Source: Azolla caroliniana (Eukaryota; Plantae; Polypodiophyta). Taken from it: DNA of 64,000 bases. Positions 11,770 to 24,000 of this stretch are shown one piece after another (the first letter of the stretch is position 1; each line of letters begins with the position of its first letter). A program made the translations under genes and the position numbers. The notes under the pieces are model-generated. The model worked only from the letters and a program-made list of their open reading frames with translations. It did not search any database and was not told where the DNA came from. The stretch covers positions 11,842,001 to 11,906,000 of the forward strand of contig JBHGNT010000008.1 in NCBI GenBank assembly GCA_043228905.1. The letters run 5' to 3'.

Positions 11770-13170
11770 CGCTACGAGCTGCCTGACCTGCGCCAGCTGT
11801 TCATCTGCCAGGACTTGGAAGTCGTCGGCCAGCTCGTCCCGTATGGCGGTGAAGTCCTCGGAAGTCAACGTATAACAGTCATCTCCTTCCTTCCGCCGGT
11901 TTGCCACATCCGCCGGTAGCAACTGGAGTTCCGCCGTGTTTTGTGCCCACTTTGTCCATCATTTTACGGAGCTTTCATCAATCAAGTGTTTTGTCTGATT
12001 CAGCCATGCTCGGAGGATGGACTGAATCCGGCTCGTTCCCAATTGCAATTTGGTTTCCGCCGCTTGCCGTTCCTCCTTCAGTTGTTTGATGCTTTTGACG
12101 TTGTCCTCCGCCTGCGCCTTGTAATGTGTCAATTGCCTTTGATATGTGCTTTGTAATTTCTGCAATACTGTTGACGCTCTCTCTTTGTCTTCCTACTGCT
12201 GCCTCTGGAGCTCCATCCGGACCTTCTCCGCCTCTTCCAAGCATCTTGTATTTTCCGCCCGTTCGTCGGCGATCGCCGTCGCGGCCCGATCAACTGCCTG
12301 CTGGAGCTCGGCCATCCGTTCTTTATGCTCCGTTTCCAGCCGTTTGTAGTCCCGGTGCAGGTGCTCAAAATCATCCGTCTTTTGCTTGAGCCGTGCGTTG
12401 ATCTGACGACGGGCCCGGTCCTCGCGGTCCTTCTGTTGGCGGAGCTCTTCCTTTAGCCGTTCAATCTCTGTTTCCGCCGTTTTCCGCAGCTTGTCGTTTT
12501 CCTGCAGCACTTTGTTTCCTCTCCTCCTTTAGCCGGTCGTACGCTTGATGGCCTTTCCGGAGGCTCTCCTCTGCCCGGCGGAGGTTCTCAGCAGTCTTCT
12601 TTAATTCGGCTTCGGCCGCCGTCTTCAATTCTCGTTCACAGCTCCTTAGCGCTTCTTGTGCGGCAAGTTCCTCTCTCAATTCCGCAAGCTCCTGAGCTTG
12701 CACCGCATCTCTCGCCGGAACGGTTTCCGTTGCCGGGGTCTTATTACTATGTACAGGTCGTTCCGTTTCTTTATTCTGTACACTTACCGGAGTCACCGGT
12801 GATTGGATCTATATTTTGGCCATCTCTGTCGTGACCTGATCCAAGTCTTTTTCAAGGCACCAGATTCTGGATCGGGCCGTCTCTAGTTGTTCGGTTGTGA
12901 TGAGCAACCGTTCGCTGTGCGCTCTTTCTTCTGCCTCAATATACCCCACTACTCCGGCTATTTGTTCGCCTATCCACCGGAGCCACAGGCTACCGGTGCC
13001 TTGTTGTGCTTGCACGGAGGTTTGACAGATGGGCTCACTTGTAGAGGGGTAGTCCCGCCTGGTTGCGCCGAGTTGCAGTTCCGTTTTTGCCCGTGGACCA
13101 TCCTGCTGTCCTGGTTCCCCTTGCGCTTCTTCTTGGCTGACCGAGGGAGGCTGCAGTGACCTTTCCGGCT
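11770..13170 (-). pseudogene. Extra coiled-coil ORF of family A (stops/frameshifts)
   Basis: E/K/Q/R-rich heptad-like segments in ORFs 12461-12796, 12193-12510 and 11959-12165 (e.g. ELAELREELAAQEALR). Confidence 0.75.
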
Positions 13171-15832
13171 CTTCCGGAGGCAGTCTTGTGCTCAGAAACT
13201 GGTGCATATTTGTGAGCCACTTGTCTTCCTGGGCCACTGTCTCATCTGCTGCCGTCTCCATAGTGACTCGAAACAGCTCCGCATCCAGAAACTCATCCGG
13301 TACTCCGTCACCCGTCTCTCCGGACTCCAATCGGCTTAAGTAATCCGCTACGGCATGCTGTATACCGGGTCGGTGGAATATTTCAAACTCGAACTCCTGT
13401 AACAATAAGGTCCACCGGGCCAATTTGCCGGTGAGTGACGCCTTGGACACTAGGTAAAGGAGTGCCGAATGATCTACATGGAAGGAAAACTTCCTTCCCA
13501 ATAAATAGTGCCGAAACTTTGTCACAGTGTAGATCATCCCTAGAGCTTCCCGTTCCGTAGTAGAGTAGTTCCGCTCTGCTTGGGATAGCTTCCAGCTGGC
13601 ATAGTACACTGGCCGGTACCACTTTGGTTCCGTAAGCTGCATCAGTACGCTTCCGATTGCGATGTCGGAGGCGTCCACGAACACGTGAAATTCTTTACTC
13701 CAATCCGGAGGCTACACTACCGGTGCCTGCGACAATAGTACCTTGAGGGCCTTATACGCCCTATCCTCCGTGTCGGTCCACTGGAATGGTGTCCGATGTA
13801 CGACGGCATGCAACGGTGTAGCCAGGTCGGCCAAGTATCGGAGCATCCGGCTGTGCCACCGGATCTGGCCTAAGAACCGGCTTAATGCCTTTGCCGTTGC
13901 CGGCGCCGGTGCTTCTAATATGGCTTTCACTTTGTCCGGGTCGACTACAATACCTTCCTGGCTCACAATATGTCCTAATAAAGTTCCACTGGACACGCCA
14001 AATACACACTTTGCCGAATTCAAGCTTAGCCAGTACGCTCTACACTTTTCTAGACAAAGACGGAGGTGCTGAAAATGGTCCTCCTCCCGGCTATAGACGG
14101 CGAAATCGTCAAGGAAAACCTGCATAAAAGCCGGAATATATTCACCAAAGATTTCCATGATGATTCATTGAAATGTTGCCGGTGCCGTTTTGAGTCCGAA
14201 CATCATCACCACGGCCACAAACACCCCCCATTCGGTGACGAATGCCGTTTTCTCTTGGTCGTCGGGGTGCATCCGGATCTGATTATACCCGCTGAATCCG
14301 TCTAGGAAGCTATAGACCTCATGGCCGGCGACGGCATCCAACACTCCATCTGTGAACGGAAGTGGAAACGCATTCGTTATCGTAGCCGCATTGAGTTTCC
14401 GATAGTCCACGCAAACTCGAATTTTTCCGTTCTTCTTCGATACGACTACGATCGGGTTCAGCCATGTCGCTTTCTTTACCAGACGGATAAAGCCAACTCT
14501 TAGCAGTTTGTTGATTTCTTCCTTGACCTTGGCAGCATAATTGGGATTCATCCGGTACCGTCTTTGTGCCACTGGTTTTGCGTCCTTGCTCAAGTGCACT
14601 TGATGCTGGTATAACTGAGGGTCGAGTCCTCGCATATCTTCGTATGACCAGGCAAACACATCCCGGAATTCTGTGAGAAGTGTTATCATCGCCGTTTTGT
14701 CTTCGGACTTCATCTCCTTGGCGATGTGCACCGGTTTTGCTTCGTCCGTGGTGCCTAAATTCACCTCTTCCAGTTGCGATGCTTTTACGCGCTGTGAAAC
14801 GGCCATTTCCCGTTCCAACGCTTCCTACGCTTGCCGTAACTCCCGGATTGCGTCTTTATCCGGTTTTGCTTCCGCCTCTTCCGGTTGCGGTAAGTACGGT
14901 GCTACGGCTTCGGCAATGTCAATTTCGAAGAGGGGTATGATCTTCGGGTTTTCCTGCAGGTATTGAGCTTCTTCTTCGTCCGCTAACCCTTCTAGCATGT
15001 TGACGAATTCCGCATACAACGGTGTACATTCCTTGCCAGTGCTCATCCTTGGCTGTGTTGGTACCCGTACCTTGGCTTTTCCACGCCGAAAGGTAATTAT
15101 ATTTTTTCACCAATTCTGTTTGATATGTGCCGTTTTCAACCATGGCCGCCCCAGCAATAACGGGTATGCACCTTGTGCCTATAATTGTAGCACTACAGCC
15201 GAGATGTGAAATGTATGCCCGCCGACGGTGACTTCTAATTTCCGTATTAATCCTGTCAGCCGCACTGAGCTTGTATCGGCCATCCGCAACCAGAACGGAC
15301 ACGGCTCCCACTCGTGGATTCCTAGGTCATCACACGTCCAGAGGCTTATTACATTTACCCCAGAGCCTCTGTCTATAACTGTGCCGGGGAGTTCTTTCCC
15401 TTTTACAATGGCTGTGATTACCGGACTACTGGTGTCTACCACTGTTGGTCCCTCCTCCGGATTCGAGAAGAGTACCGGTGCCGGTGATGGTTCTCCTGCC
15501 GTCATGGCTGTCTTCAGTCCTTCCGTGAATCTTGGCACGAGTTGTAGGAGTCTTCCTAGTGGTAACGTAATCTGGCATTCTTGCAACGCCTGCCATGTCT
15601 CGTTCTCGGAGTGACTGCCGTCGGCAAACCCTGCAGTGTTCTCCTTTTGCTGCTGTAAGTCTGTGACATTTTGCTCGTTTGCTTTCTTTACCCATTCCGT
15701 TGCTTGTTTCCGGATGGTCTCCTGTGTCTCCCATTCTTTGGCCATGCCCTTCGACCTTGTGGTCACCTGCTGCAGGTCTGCCACCTCAAGGACTACCATA
15801 TTTACCGCCGGTCGTTTTTCATAGCTCTTCAC
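13171..15832 (-). pseudogene. Family A pol: protease, RT, RNase H (several stops)
   Basis: VIDRGSGVNVI; CVDYRKLN, FLDGFSGYNQI, MMFGLKTAPATFQ, FLDD; FVDASD, YSTTEREAL, HAVADYLSRL. Confidence 0.95.
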
Positions 15833-15862
15833 CGGGCATTGGTTACTATAATGGCCTTCCTG

Positions 15863-17227
15863 TCAGCAGTAGTAGCAGTAGGCCTTCCGGGTATTGCTAG
15901 ATTCGGCATTGTCTGTTGTGCCCGGGGCAGGTCCTACAGTACGCGCGGGGTTTTGTACCGGTTGGCTACTTGGAGCTCCTTGTTCCGGATCCCGGGGGTA
16001 GCCACCTTTTTTAAAATGCCGTTTTTTGTTATAGCTCTTCTTATTACGGTACTCTTGATGGGGTTGCCCGTTATATCTGCCGTATTCCTCCCGTTGCTGA
16101 CGATACCCGGGGGAGTGCTCCCGGTCGTACTGTTCGTATCGTCTATTGTAATCCTGGTACCGATCATGCCAGTCGTAGTTATCTCGCCGATCACCGTACA
16201 GGACATCATTTTCCCGTCGCTCGCCATACCGGACATCCTGTGCCGGTCGATCACGGTCCATTCGCCACCAGCGTTCGTCTTCTTCATCCCGGCTGCTGCG
16301 TGGCTCAATTTGTCGAACGGGCGGTGCTTGCCGATTCAACAGATTATACTCGCACCTATCCGTCGTATGGCTCTTGGATTGACAGATTACACATTGCGTC
16401 CTCATAGTGCATTCTAGAGCCGAGTGTCCGGAATTCAAGCAGGTTGTGCACTGTATTGCTTGCCGAAACCGGAGGTCTTCATCGGACGATAACGCCCGTT
16501 GAAGTGCTCCCAATGTGAGCCAGGAGCTTGTCTTTTCCATCTCTCTCACCCGGTCAATGACCTGGTCGATGGTACTTGTGCAGAAATCGATTACCATGCA
16601 AACCGTGCGTAGGGGTTCCCGGAGCGCGTTTAGGAATATCGTCCGTAATTCCTCCTCCGGGGGTGCACGGGCAAGCTGACTATGCATCCGTTGAAACCGG
16701 ATGACAAATTGGGGAATGCTCTCCCTTGCCTCTTGCCGGATGGTATAAAATAAGCCTACCATTACGGTCTGGTCCACCTCCTTTTGAAAAAAATGCATGA
16801 ATTTAGCTTTTAAATCTGCAAAGGTGTTGATGGTAGACGGGTCCTGCGTCCGGCGCCATCTTGCTGCTGGTCCCTCCAATGTGACGCCAAATTCCGCTAT
16901 CTTAGAGCGTTCTTCTTCTTCTGGGGTCAATCGCTGGGACACATGGTTGGCTTCCCATGTCTGTTCAAAGGCGTGCACATGGGCTTCCGCGTCCGGATCA
17001 TCTCTATACTTGGAGTACTGGAACGGCATGTCGTCGTCCGGTATCGGTGCGCGAGCTGGTAGTGTTGGTGCTCGTTCCGGAATTTTCTCCGGTGTCGGTG
17101 GTCTTTCCCGATTTGATTCCGGTGTCGGTTGTTTCTCTTCCTTTGGTGACGGAGGCCTCTCCTCTTCGACTTCCGGTGTCGGAGGTCGTTCTTCCTCTGC
17201 TGGTTCCGGGGGTTCCAGCGTTAGCAC
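15863..17227 (-). CDS. Family A Gag with Pro/Glu-rich N-terminal repeats and CCHC zinc knuckles
   Basis: Retrotrans_gag-like LEGPAARW...IRQEARESIPQF. Knuckles CTTCLNSGHSALEC and CVICQSKSHTTDRC; a third (CYYC*...H...C) is broken by a stop. Confidence 0.88.
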   Translation of the reverse strand: MLTLEPPEPAEEERPPTPEVEEERPPSPKEEKQPTPESNRERPPTPEKIPERAPTLPARAPIPDDDMPFQYSKYRDDPDAEAHVHAFEQTWEANHVSQRLTPEEEERSKIAEFGVTLEGPAARWRRTQDPSTINTFADLKAKFMHFFQKEVDQTVMVGLFYTIRQEARESIPQFVIRFQRMHSQLARAPPEEELRTIFLNALREPLRTVCMVIDFCTSTIDQVIDRVREMEKTSSWLTLGALQRALSSDEDLRFRQAIQCTTCLNSGHSALECTMRTQCVICQSKSHTTDRCEYNLLNRQAPPVRQIEPRSSRDEEDERWWRMDRDRPAQDVRYGERRENDVLYGDRRDNYDWHDRYQDYNRRYEQYDREHSPGYRQQREEYGRYNGQPHQEYRNKKSYNKKRHFKKGGYPRDPEQGAPSSQPVQNPARTVGPAPGTTDNAESSNTRKAYCYYC

Positions 17228-18135
17228 TTCCGGTTCTGGTTCCGGTGTCCGTAAGGTATCCGATCCTTCGTCCTCCGGTCCTCCGGTCCGCCCGGGGTTT
17301 CGTTGCTGCTACGGTAGTTCGTGTGCACGTTGTATTCCCCTTCGGAGTCCGATTCATATGCTGAAAAGGCCTCTGCTTCGCCTTCTCCGTTTGCCAACGC
17401 GTGGAGAAGGGATTCGGTTTCCCAGAGGCTGCTTAGGCTGCTGCCGTCGTCCAGGTGCGATGTTTGCTGTAACCAGAGGGAGTCCTCCACTACTCTCTGG
17501 ATTACGTTGGAAAACAAGCGATCCGCTCTAATTTCCTACGCCGCTTGCTGGAAAGCCTCGCATCTCCTTTGCCTTTCGGCAAGGCGTCGAGTTCGATCTG
17601 TAACCAAGTCGTGCGTTGATATCCGTGCCATCGTTCGCTACAAAAACAGGAATCGTGGTTGCCAAAAACTGTGTTAACTCTTCGGGCCGGACAATGGCCT
17701 AACACAGGGTGTCTACGAGAGACACTTCACCAAAGGGTGTTACGGCAACCGGATTAGACTTCAACGCTTAATCCGACTTAATTAAGTTACTTATTAGGAT
17801 CGTCTTCATAACACGCATAAGATATAACAATTAAGACAGAACGGCAATTAACACAGAGAGATAACAACGCTTAAGCTTTCATTAATTAACCGCTAACTAT
17901 TACATTGTATCCGGGCCTTAAAATAGGTTTCCGGTCTGTATTACAAAACGGTGCCATCCGCACCTGTTCGGGATCGGTCCGGATCCGGAACGGCATACCG
18001 TTTCCGGTCTGTCCGTCCACACTCATAGCTTAATTACAACCACATTCCTACTACTTAATTAGCTCTCTGTTTCCCACTCTGGACTCCTTTGCCGGTCGGT
18101 AACAATTCGGCCCATGTTGAGCTTGTCTCTCAACA

Positions 18136-18305
18136 ATATACTTGATGAAGATTGAACAAGCTAACTCGTGGGTTCGACGTGCAAGGCACTGTCCCATGGG
18201 CGTGCCATATGTTGGCCTATGAGTATGATCTGGAAGAGTAAGTGTGAACGGGAAAGAGTTAAGGCCAGAGGAATATTATTAATGTTGTAATTAAGGAAAT
18301 GACAG
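18136..18305 (+). mobile_element. Remnant 3' end of a family A-like element (hairpin motif plus LTR start at 18210)
   Basis: GGGTTC..GCAAGGCACTGTCCCATGGGCGTGCCATA|TGTT, shared with 32157-32200 and 52652-52695. Confidence 0.6.
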
Positions 18306-21300
18306 TGTCGTAGTGTGAATCACACACTACGTGAAATATGTAAAACACTATATCCAATTTAGAGTATGTATAATAAATAAAAATAAAATATTTATTACGT
18401 GCATAGGGCAAGATTCAAACCTTATACCTCCACGTAGACAAACCCCAGCCTTACCACTATACTAACATACTATGAATTTTAAAGTTATACTAAACTTTAT
18501 CCCATGTAAATATTCTAGATATCCATGGTACAAAAAGTTATTCATGCATACACACTCGAGTTAAAAGAAAAGATGGGATAGAAAGCTAATCATGCACATG
18601 TAGTGTGCATGAAAACTTAAGTAAAGCTAATCATGCACATGCAATGTGCATGAAAACTAAAGTTAGGAAAAGCATGATGCTTGCATGTGATAAACTTAGA
18701 CTCTTCCAACACTATATAAGGAAGAGAGAAAGATGTATAGTGGTTGTTGATTTTTTTTAGAATGATTGATTAATACAAAATATTCGTGGGATTCACGATT
18801 TTACCATCTAATTCTCTCTTACAATCTAATTACCCATTAATACATTATACTCGTGGGATTCACGAGTTTCATATCTTCTTCTTACAATCTCTTCCTAACT
18901 AACATTATCTCATATTCTTCTTTCTCCTAGTCCAAAACCACAACGGTTCCCACCCGACTCACGCAAACGATCCGGCGCCGAAAGGCACGACACAATTTGG
19001 TAAACCCGACGTGAAAACGGGTGGCAAGGAGATGGAGGCCAATAATATGATGATGATGTTCAAGAGGATGCTACAAAAACAACGCTTGATGTCGGAGATT
19101 GCAGCGGCAGTTGAGCGGCTCATGCAACGAATTGGGCGATTCAACGAGAAAGATGTGTCGCGGTATTTGCGAGATTACAAAGCAGAAATGCTACGGTGCC
19201 GAATTTCGGAAGGATTACAAGTGACATCCTTCAACCGGGTCGCAACTGATGGGCTTCCAGCAAGTATCCACGGGCTACGTCAACAAAATCCGACGTGGGA
19301 AGCGTTTGAAGAGCCGCTAAAGACCACGTTCGCTATCGAGGACTCCTCCAAGGCAACGCGGAGAGGATTCGAGGATTGGGTGGAAACACCGGACAAGGGG
19401 ATGAAGGTCCTCGATGTGTTTTCGGCATTCAAAAGTCGGCTCGGGAGGTTGTCTACGAGAGATCAAGTTATCCTCGCACCGGACAAAGTTATCATGTTCT
19501 TACGAGCCGTAGACGTCCGGGACCGGAAGGATCTTGGAGTGCTTCTAGAGGACACGACTACCGAGAGTGGCCTCACCGAAACATGGGAAAGCATGCGGGA
19601 TATCGTCGCACGATACACAAAGAGGGGGCAATGGCTTGCCAACGAAGAAAAGAGGGTTTCAGAACCGATTCCGAAACCGAGATCCGGATCAGAAGACCAT
19701 CAACCGCGGGCTTGGGAAGCTACAACCGAGAAGGGAATCGACGCAACTATGGTGGAGCAGTTGCGGAAGGAGATGGAGAATCTAAAAATCGCGATGGTGA
19801 AGAAGTCGGATGACCGTCCTACAAGTTCCAAGTATATGGACCGTCGGTGCATATGGTGCAATAGCACCGAACATGATCGGAGGGATTGCGACGAGCACAA
19901 GGAAGCGCTATGACGGGATCTTATCTACTACGAGGGAAATCAGATTCATTCGATGGACTCTCGGAAGCCACTCCAACCGAACTTCCGAAAAGGTGGCAGG
20001 AAGTAGGTCCTAGAGGAGGAAATAGCGGCAAAGAGCAATTACGTGACAACCGCGGGAATACGTGTCAGGGAGTCATCGGAAACAAAGGTGTCTTTTTGGT
20101 CGGAAGTGCTAGAAAACACCGAGAAAACTGACTCCAACAAGATCCGAAGCACCGTAGAATGTATCCGGGAAGCTACAAAATGGGAGTGCCCCGTAGATAA
20201 GAATAGCGTACATGCGCTATGTCAATTGCATGAAGTGTATATATACGATAAACGACGGCGCACGGATGATGCGGCCGGACCATCGAAGACATTGGAAAGC
20301 TGGAACTCCGGAGGGAAGGAAAAAGAAAAGACGATTCCGGCATTCAAGCTCGCCTCGGACATCGAACAACAAACAGACTTGAAGAAAGTGTTCGAGGAGA
20401 GAATCCTCGACAACCGGGTAGATTTTTCACTTCGGGAACTACTCGGAATAGCAAAAAAGGAGTTCCATGATCTTCTTGTGGATCTCGTGAAAAGAAAAAG
20501 ACAAACTACGGAGGAAAATGCGTCGAGGGTGAATGCAAATACCGTTCTAATGAACGACACCGAAGTGGAGGACGAGATTCCGAATTCCCACTATACAAAG
20601 CCACACTGGGCACGTGCAACTACTGAGACTCCAGTCCAAATCGGCAACATCAAAGAGCCCGTGCTAGCATTGATTGATCACAGATCGGAGATCAATGTGA
20701 TGTCTAAGGAGTTCTACCGTAAGGGGAAGTGGCCTATTAACACCAATCATGGATGGAAGATCCGGGCGGCAACTAAAGCAACGGAAGATCTATTTGCGGC
20801 TTGTCCGGATGTGACGGTGAAGATCGGGGATGTCGAGATCGACCAAAATTTCTTCGTACAAGATGAGGTCTCACACTCTGTGATCCTCAGGCAACCCTTT
20901 ATCACGGCTTCATGGATGGAGACGAAGGTGCTCAATAGCGGTGCGGCTTTTGCACAAATTCGGAGCCAAAACGGAGGGAAATCCATCCAATTCCTAACGG
21001 TGCCGGCAAATCATGAAAGGAAGAAGAGGGAGCTCTTGTCCCAAACAAGGATGGATTTTTAGAGCGGATTGTTGCTGAGTGGGGAAGTGATAGTCCGAGA
21101 AGCCCTGATACCCCACTTAAAAACTCTCGGAGCAAAACAAGTACGAATCGGTCCGGATGGGGCATCTATGTACACGACCGTAACCGGAGGAATGAAGAAA
21201 GAATACCGAAAAGTGGAGGATAAGTTGCGGTCGGCATCAACAATAAAAGAAGACGAAGAAATCGTGGGGGTAGTCAAAGAAGTGTTCTATGGGAACACGC

Positions 21301-23845
21301 TACAACAGGCGAAAATGGGGTCGGATGCGCTCCGCAAAGAAGAAGCAATGGTAAGTACGAAATACAAGACAGTGTGGAGAAGAAGGTGAAACCAGCCACA
21401 GGACCACTACCCGCCGATAGCGAACAAAAGAGGAAAGAAGTCTCGGGAGATCCGACACTTCGGAAGTCCGTGGATATCGAACATGCCTTCACGGATGAGA
21501 CCCGGAAGAAACTTCGGATCGGTGGAGGTGGGTTCCTATTAAAGAATGAAGAAGAACGATTCTGTGGGATGTTGGAAGAACATGGGAAAGCATTTGCATT
21601 CACATCGAAGGAGATAGGGTGCGTTGATTCGAAGATAGTGGAGCCGATGGTGATCTTCACGATTGACCATGTGCCGTGGAACTTGAAGCCGATTCCGGAG
21701 TTGCGGTCGCATATTCCGAAAATCAACAACTTGCCCAAGGAGAAGGTGGCGATGGGGATTCTAGAGCAATCAAACGCTCCATACTCAAATCGATAGTTTA
21801 CGGTTCCGAAGAAGAATGGGTCACTCCGATTTATCCAAGACTTGCAACCGGTGAACAAGGTCACGATCCGGAACTCCGGAATTGGTCCGATAGTGGACGA
21901 ATTTGCGGAAGCATTTTCCGGTCGTGCGATATACTCCATCAGAAACCTATACTCGGGTATGACCAATTCCAACTAGCCGTGGAGAGCTGAGACATTACTA
22001 CCATGCGGACACCGATAGGATAAGTCCGGATGTGTACGCTACCACAAGGCGCGACGAACTCGGTCGCACATATGATGAATGCAATGAACAAGGTGCTTCG
22101 AGACTGCATTCCGGAGATAACGATGCCGTTCCTAGATGACATTCCAATGAAAGGATGCGCGGTAGAAGAAAAAGATGAAACTATGGATGATCGGGGATGC
22201 CGAAAGTTCGTAGTCGACCATATTCGTGATTGCGAGAAAGTGCTTTGAAAATTAGAAGATGTGTACCTAACACTTTCCGGTGAGAAATCGGCATTCGAGC
22301 AAGAAGAAATATTGGTAGTCGGACATCTATGTGGGCCCTACGGCCTAAGACCGTCACCGACCAAGATCAATATAGTTCAAGCTATGAAAGAAATATGCGA
22401 GTCACAATCCGAAGTCCGAAGGTTTCTCGGAACATGTGCATTCTACCACAAATGGATTCCGCACTATGCACATATTGCGGACCCACTCTATCACTTGTTG
22501 TGGAAGGGTATGAAGTTCGAATGGAAACCGGAGCATACCAAAGCCGTGAAGAAGCTCAAGAAATCACTACGGATGGCAAAAGCACTAAAGAAGACGAACT
22601 ATGACCGACCGATCATAGTAACAGTTGACACAAGTCCAACCGGAATCGGATGGGTCATCAATCAAGCCGATCCGGATGGTTCGCGATATCCGATCCGATT
22701 CGGAGCAAAGGTTCTCAACGAAAGGCAACGCGGATATGCACAAGTCAAAAGAGAATTATGGGGAGTCGTGTCGGCAATCAAATCGTATCGAGATTATTTG
22801 TTAGAGTCGAAGTAGTGATTGAAACGGATTGTCTTCCGATACTCGGGATGATGCGGTGTTGCACGATACCGGATGTGGCTATGCTAAGATGGATTGCATA
22901 TGTTAAGTCGCTTAATCCGGAGGTACGACACATCTCCAGAAAAGACAACGCGGTAGCGGATATGCTATCAAGGGCGCGGTTCGGAGATGACATAACCGAA
23001 TCCGATAATGAAGAAGTTTCCGAAGACTAATTTGCTTCGGAGCACATATGCCGGGTGAACGTAATCCGAGAATTCCGGGAAGAAGAATACGAGGCAGAAA
23101 GCTTGTTGATCGGGAAAGTGCTACAAGAAATCGAGGAATCATCGGACAATAAAGAGAAGAGAGCCGAGATCCGAAGTAAGAAGCGGCAAGTCCGAAAGTT
23201 CTTCTTGAAAAATGGATTAATATGGAGGGAGCCGAAAAGACCGGATGGCATACCACTTCGGTAGTCGGGACAAAAGAGCAACGAAACCGGATAATGTTTG
23301 AGTTTCACGAATTCGATTGAGCTGGACATCGAGGAACATGGGCAAATTCTCACCGACAATCAACTTCAAGTGGATGGTCGATATTGTAGCCATGCCAACC
23401 GGGATCGGACAAAAGAAGTACTTGGTGTTAGCTCGGGAAGATCTCACAAACCAAGTAGAAGGTCGGGCGCTACGAAGGAAAACGTGTTCTACGGTATGTC
23501 AATTTCTTTTGGAGGAGGTGTTTTGCAAGTACGAGTGCGTAGGACAAGTGATTGCAGATCGGGGAGAACTCGACTCTGATAAAGCTAAGGAATTCTTCAC
23601 CAAACATGGAGTTCGGTTAACACTAAGGAATTCTTCACCAATCCGGAGGCCAACGGGAAAATCGAACGAGGACATAGTCCGATCGTCAAAGCACTTGCCA
23701 AAGCATGCGACGGAAGGGTGAAGGATTGGCCGCAAATGCTCCTGTATGCACTATGGGCGGATCGGACGACGCATAGCTCCGTAACCGGTTACATGCCGGC
23801 AGAACTCATGACCGGACAAGCACCGGTAATCCCTACGGAAACCAT
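18306..23845 (+). mobile_element. Ty3/gypsy family B, decayed: 5' LTR 18306-18992, Trp-type PBS, gag-PR-RT-RH-partial INT; own 3' LTR absent
   Basis: LTR TGTCGT...ACGACA; PBS TGGTAAACCCGACGTGA 18998-19014. Motifs: knuckle CIWCNSTEHDRRDC, LALIDHRSEINVM, PFLDD, WMVDIV...ADRGEL. Many stops and frameshifts. Confidence 0.93.
19011..19913 (+). CDS. Family B Gag (ends at a premature stop)
   Basis: 300-aa ORF with a CCHC knuckle; coding continues in 20043-21062 (protease region). Confidence 0.8.
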   Translation: MKTGGKEMEANNMMMMFKRMLQKQRLMSEIAAAVERLMQRIGRFNEKDVSRYLRDYKAEMLRCRISEGLQVTSFNRVATDGLPASIHGLRQQNPTWEAFEEPLKTTFAIEDSSKATRRGFEDWVETPDKGMKVLDVFSAFKSRLGRLSTRDQVILAPDKVIMFLRAVDVRDRKDLGVLLEDTTTESGLTETWESMRDIVARYTKRGQWLANEEKRVSEPIPKPRSGSEDHQPRAWEATTEKGIDATMVEQLRKEMENLKIAMVKKSDDRPTSSKYMDRRCIWCNSTEHDRRDCDEHKEAL

Positions 23846-24000
23846 AAGACTCAAAACCCCTAATTTTCCCTACGGAAGATATCACTCAAAACCCTAATTT
23901 TCCCTACGGAAGCCATAAGACTCAAAAACCCTAATTTTCCCTACGGAAGATAGCTCTCATAAACCCTAATTTTCCCTACGGAAGCCATATCTCTCAAAAT
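23830..24000 (+). repeat. ~36-40 bp tandem repeat (4-5 units) containing the telo-box AAACCCTAA
   Basis: Units of CTCAAAACCCTAATTTTCCCTACGGAAG. Confidence 0.85.

Larger units (their letters stand above)
11374..18104 (-). mobile_element. Ty3/gypsy family A, complete insertion, integrase deleted
   Basis: 5-bp TSD ATTCG (11369-11373, 18105-18109). 5' LTR 17672-18104; 3' LTR 11374-11769 lacks its first ~35 bp; about 5 differences in ~396 bp. PBS TGGCAACCACGA ~17653-17664. Order is gag-PR-RT-RH followed by a coiled-coil ORF. Confidence 0.95.
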
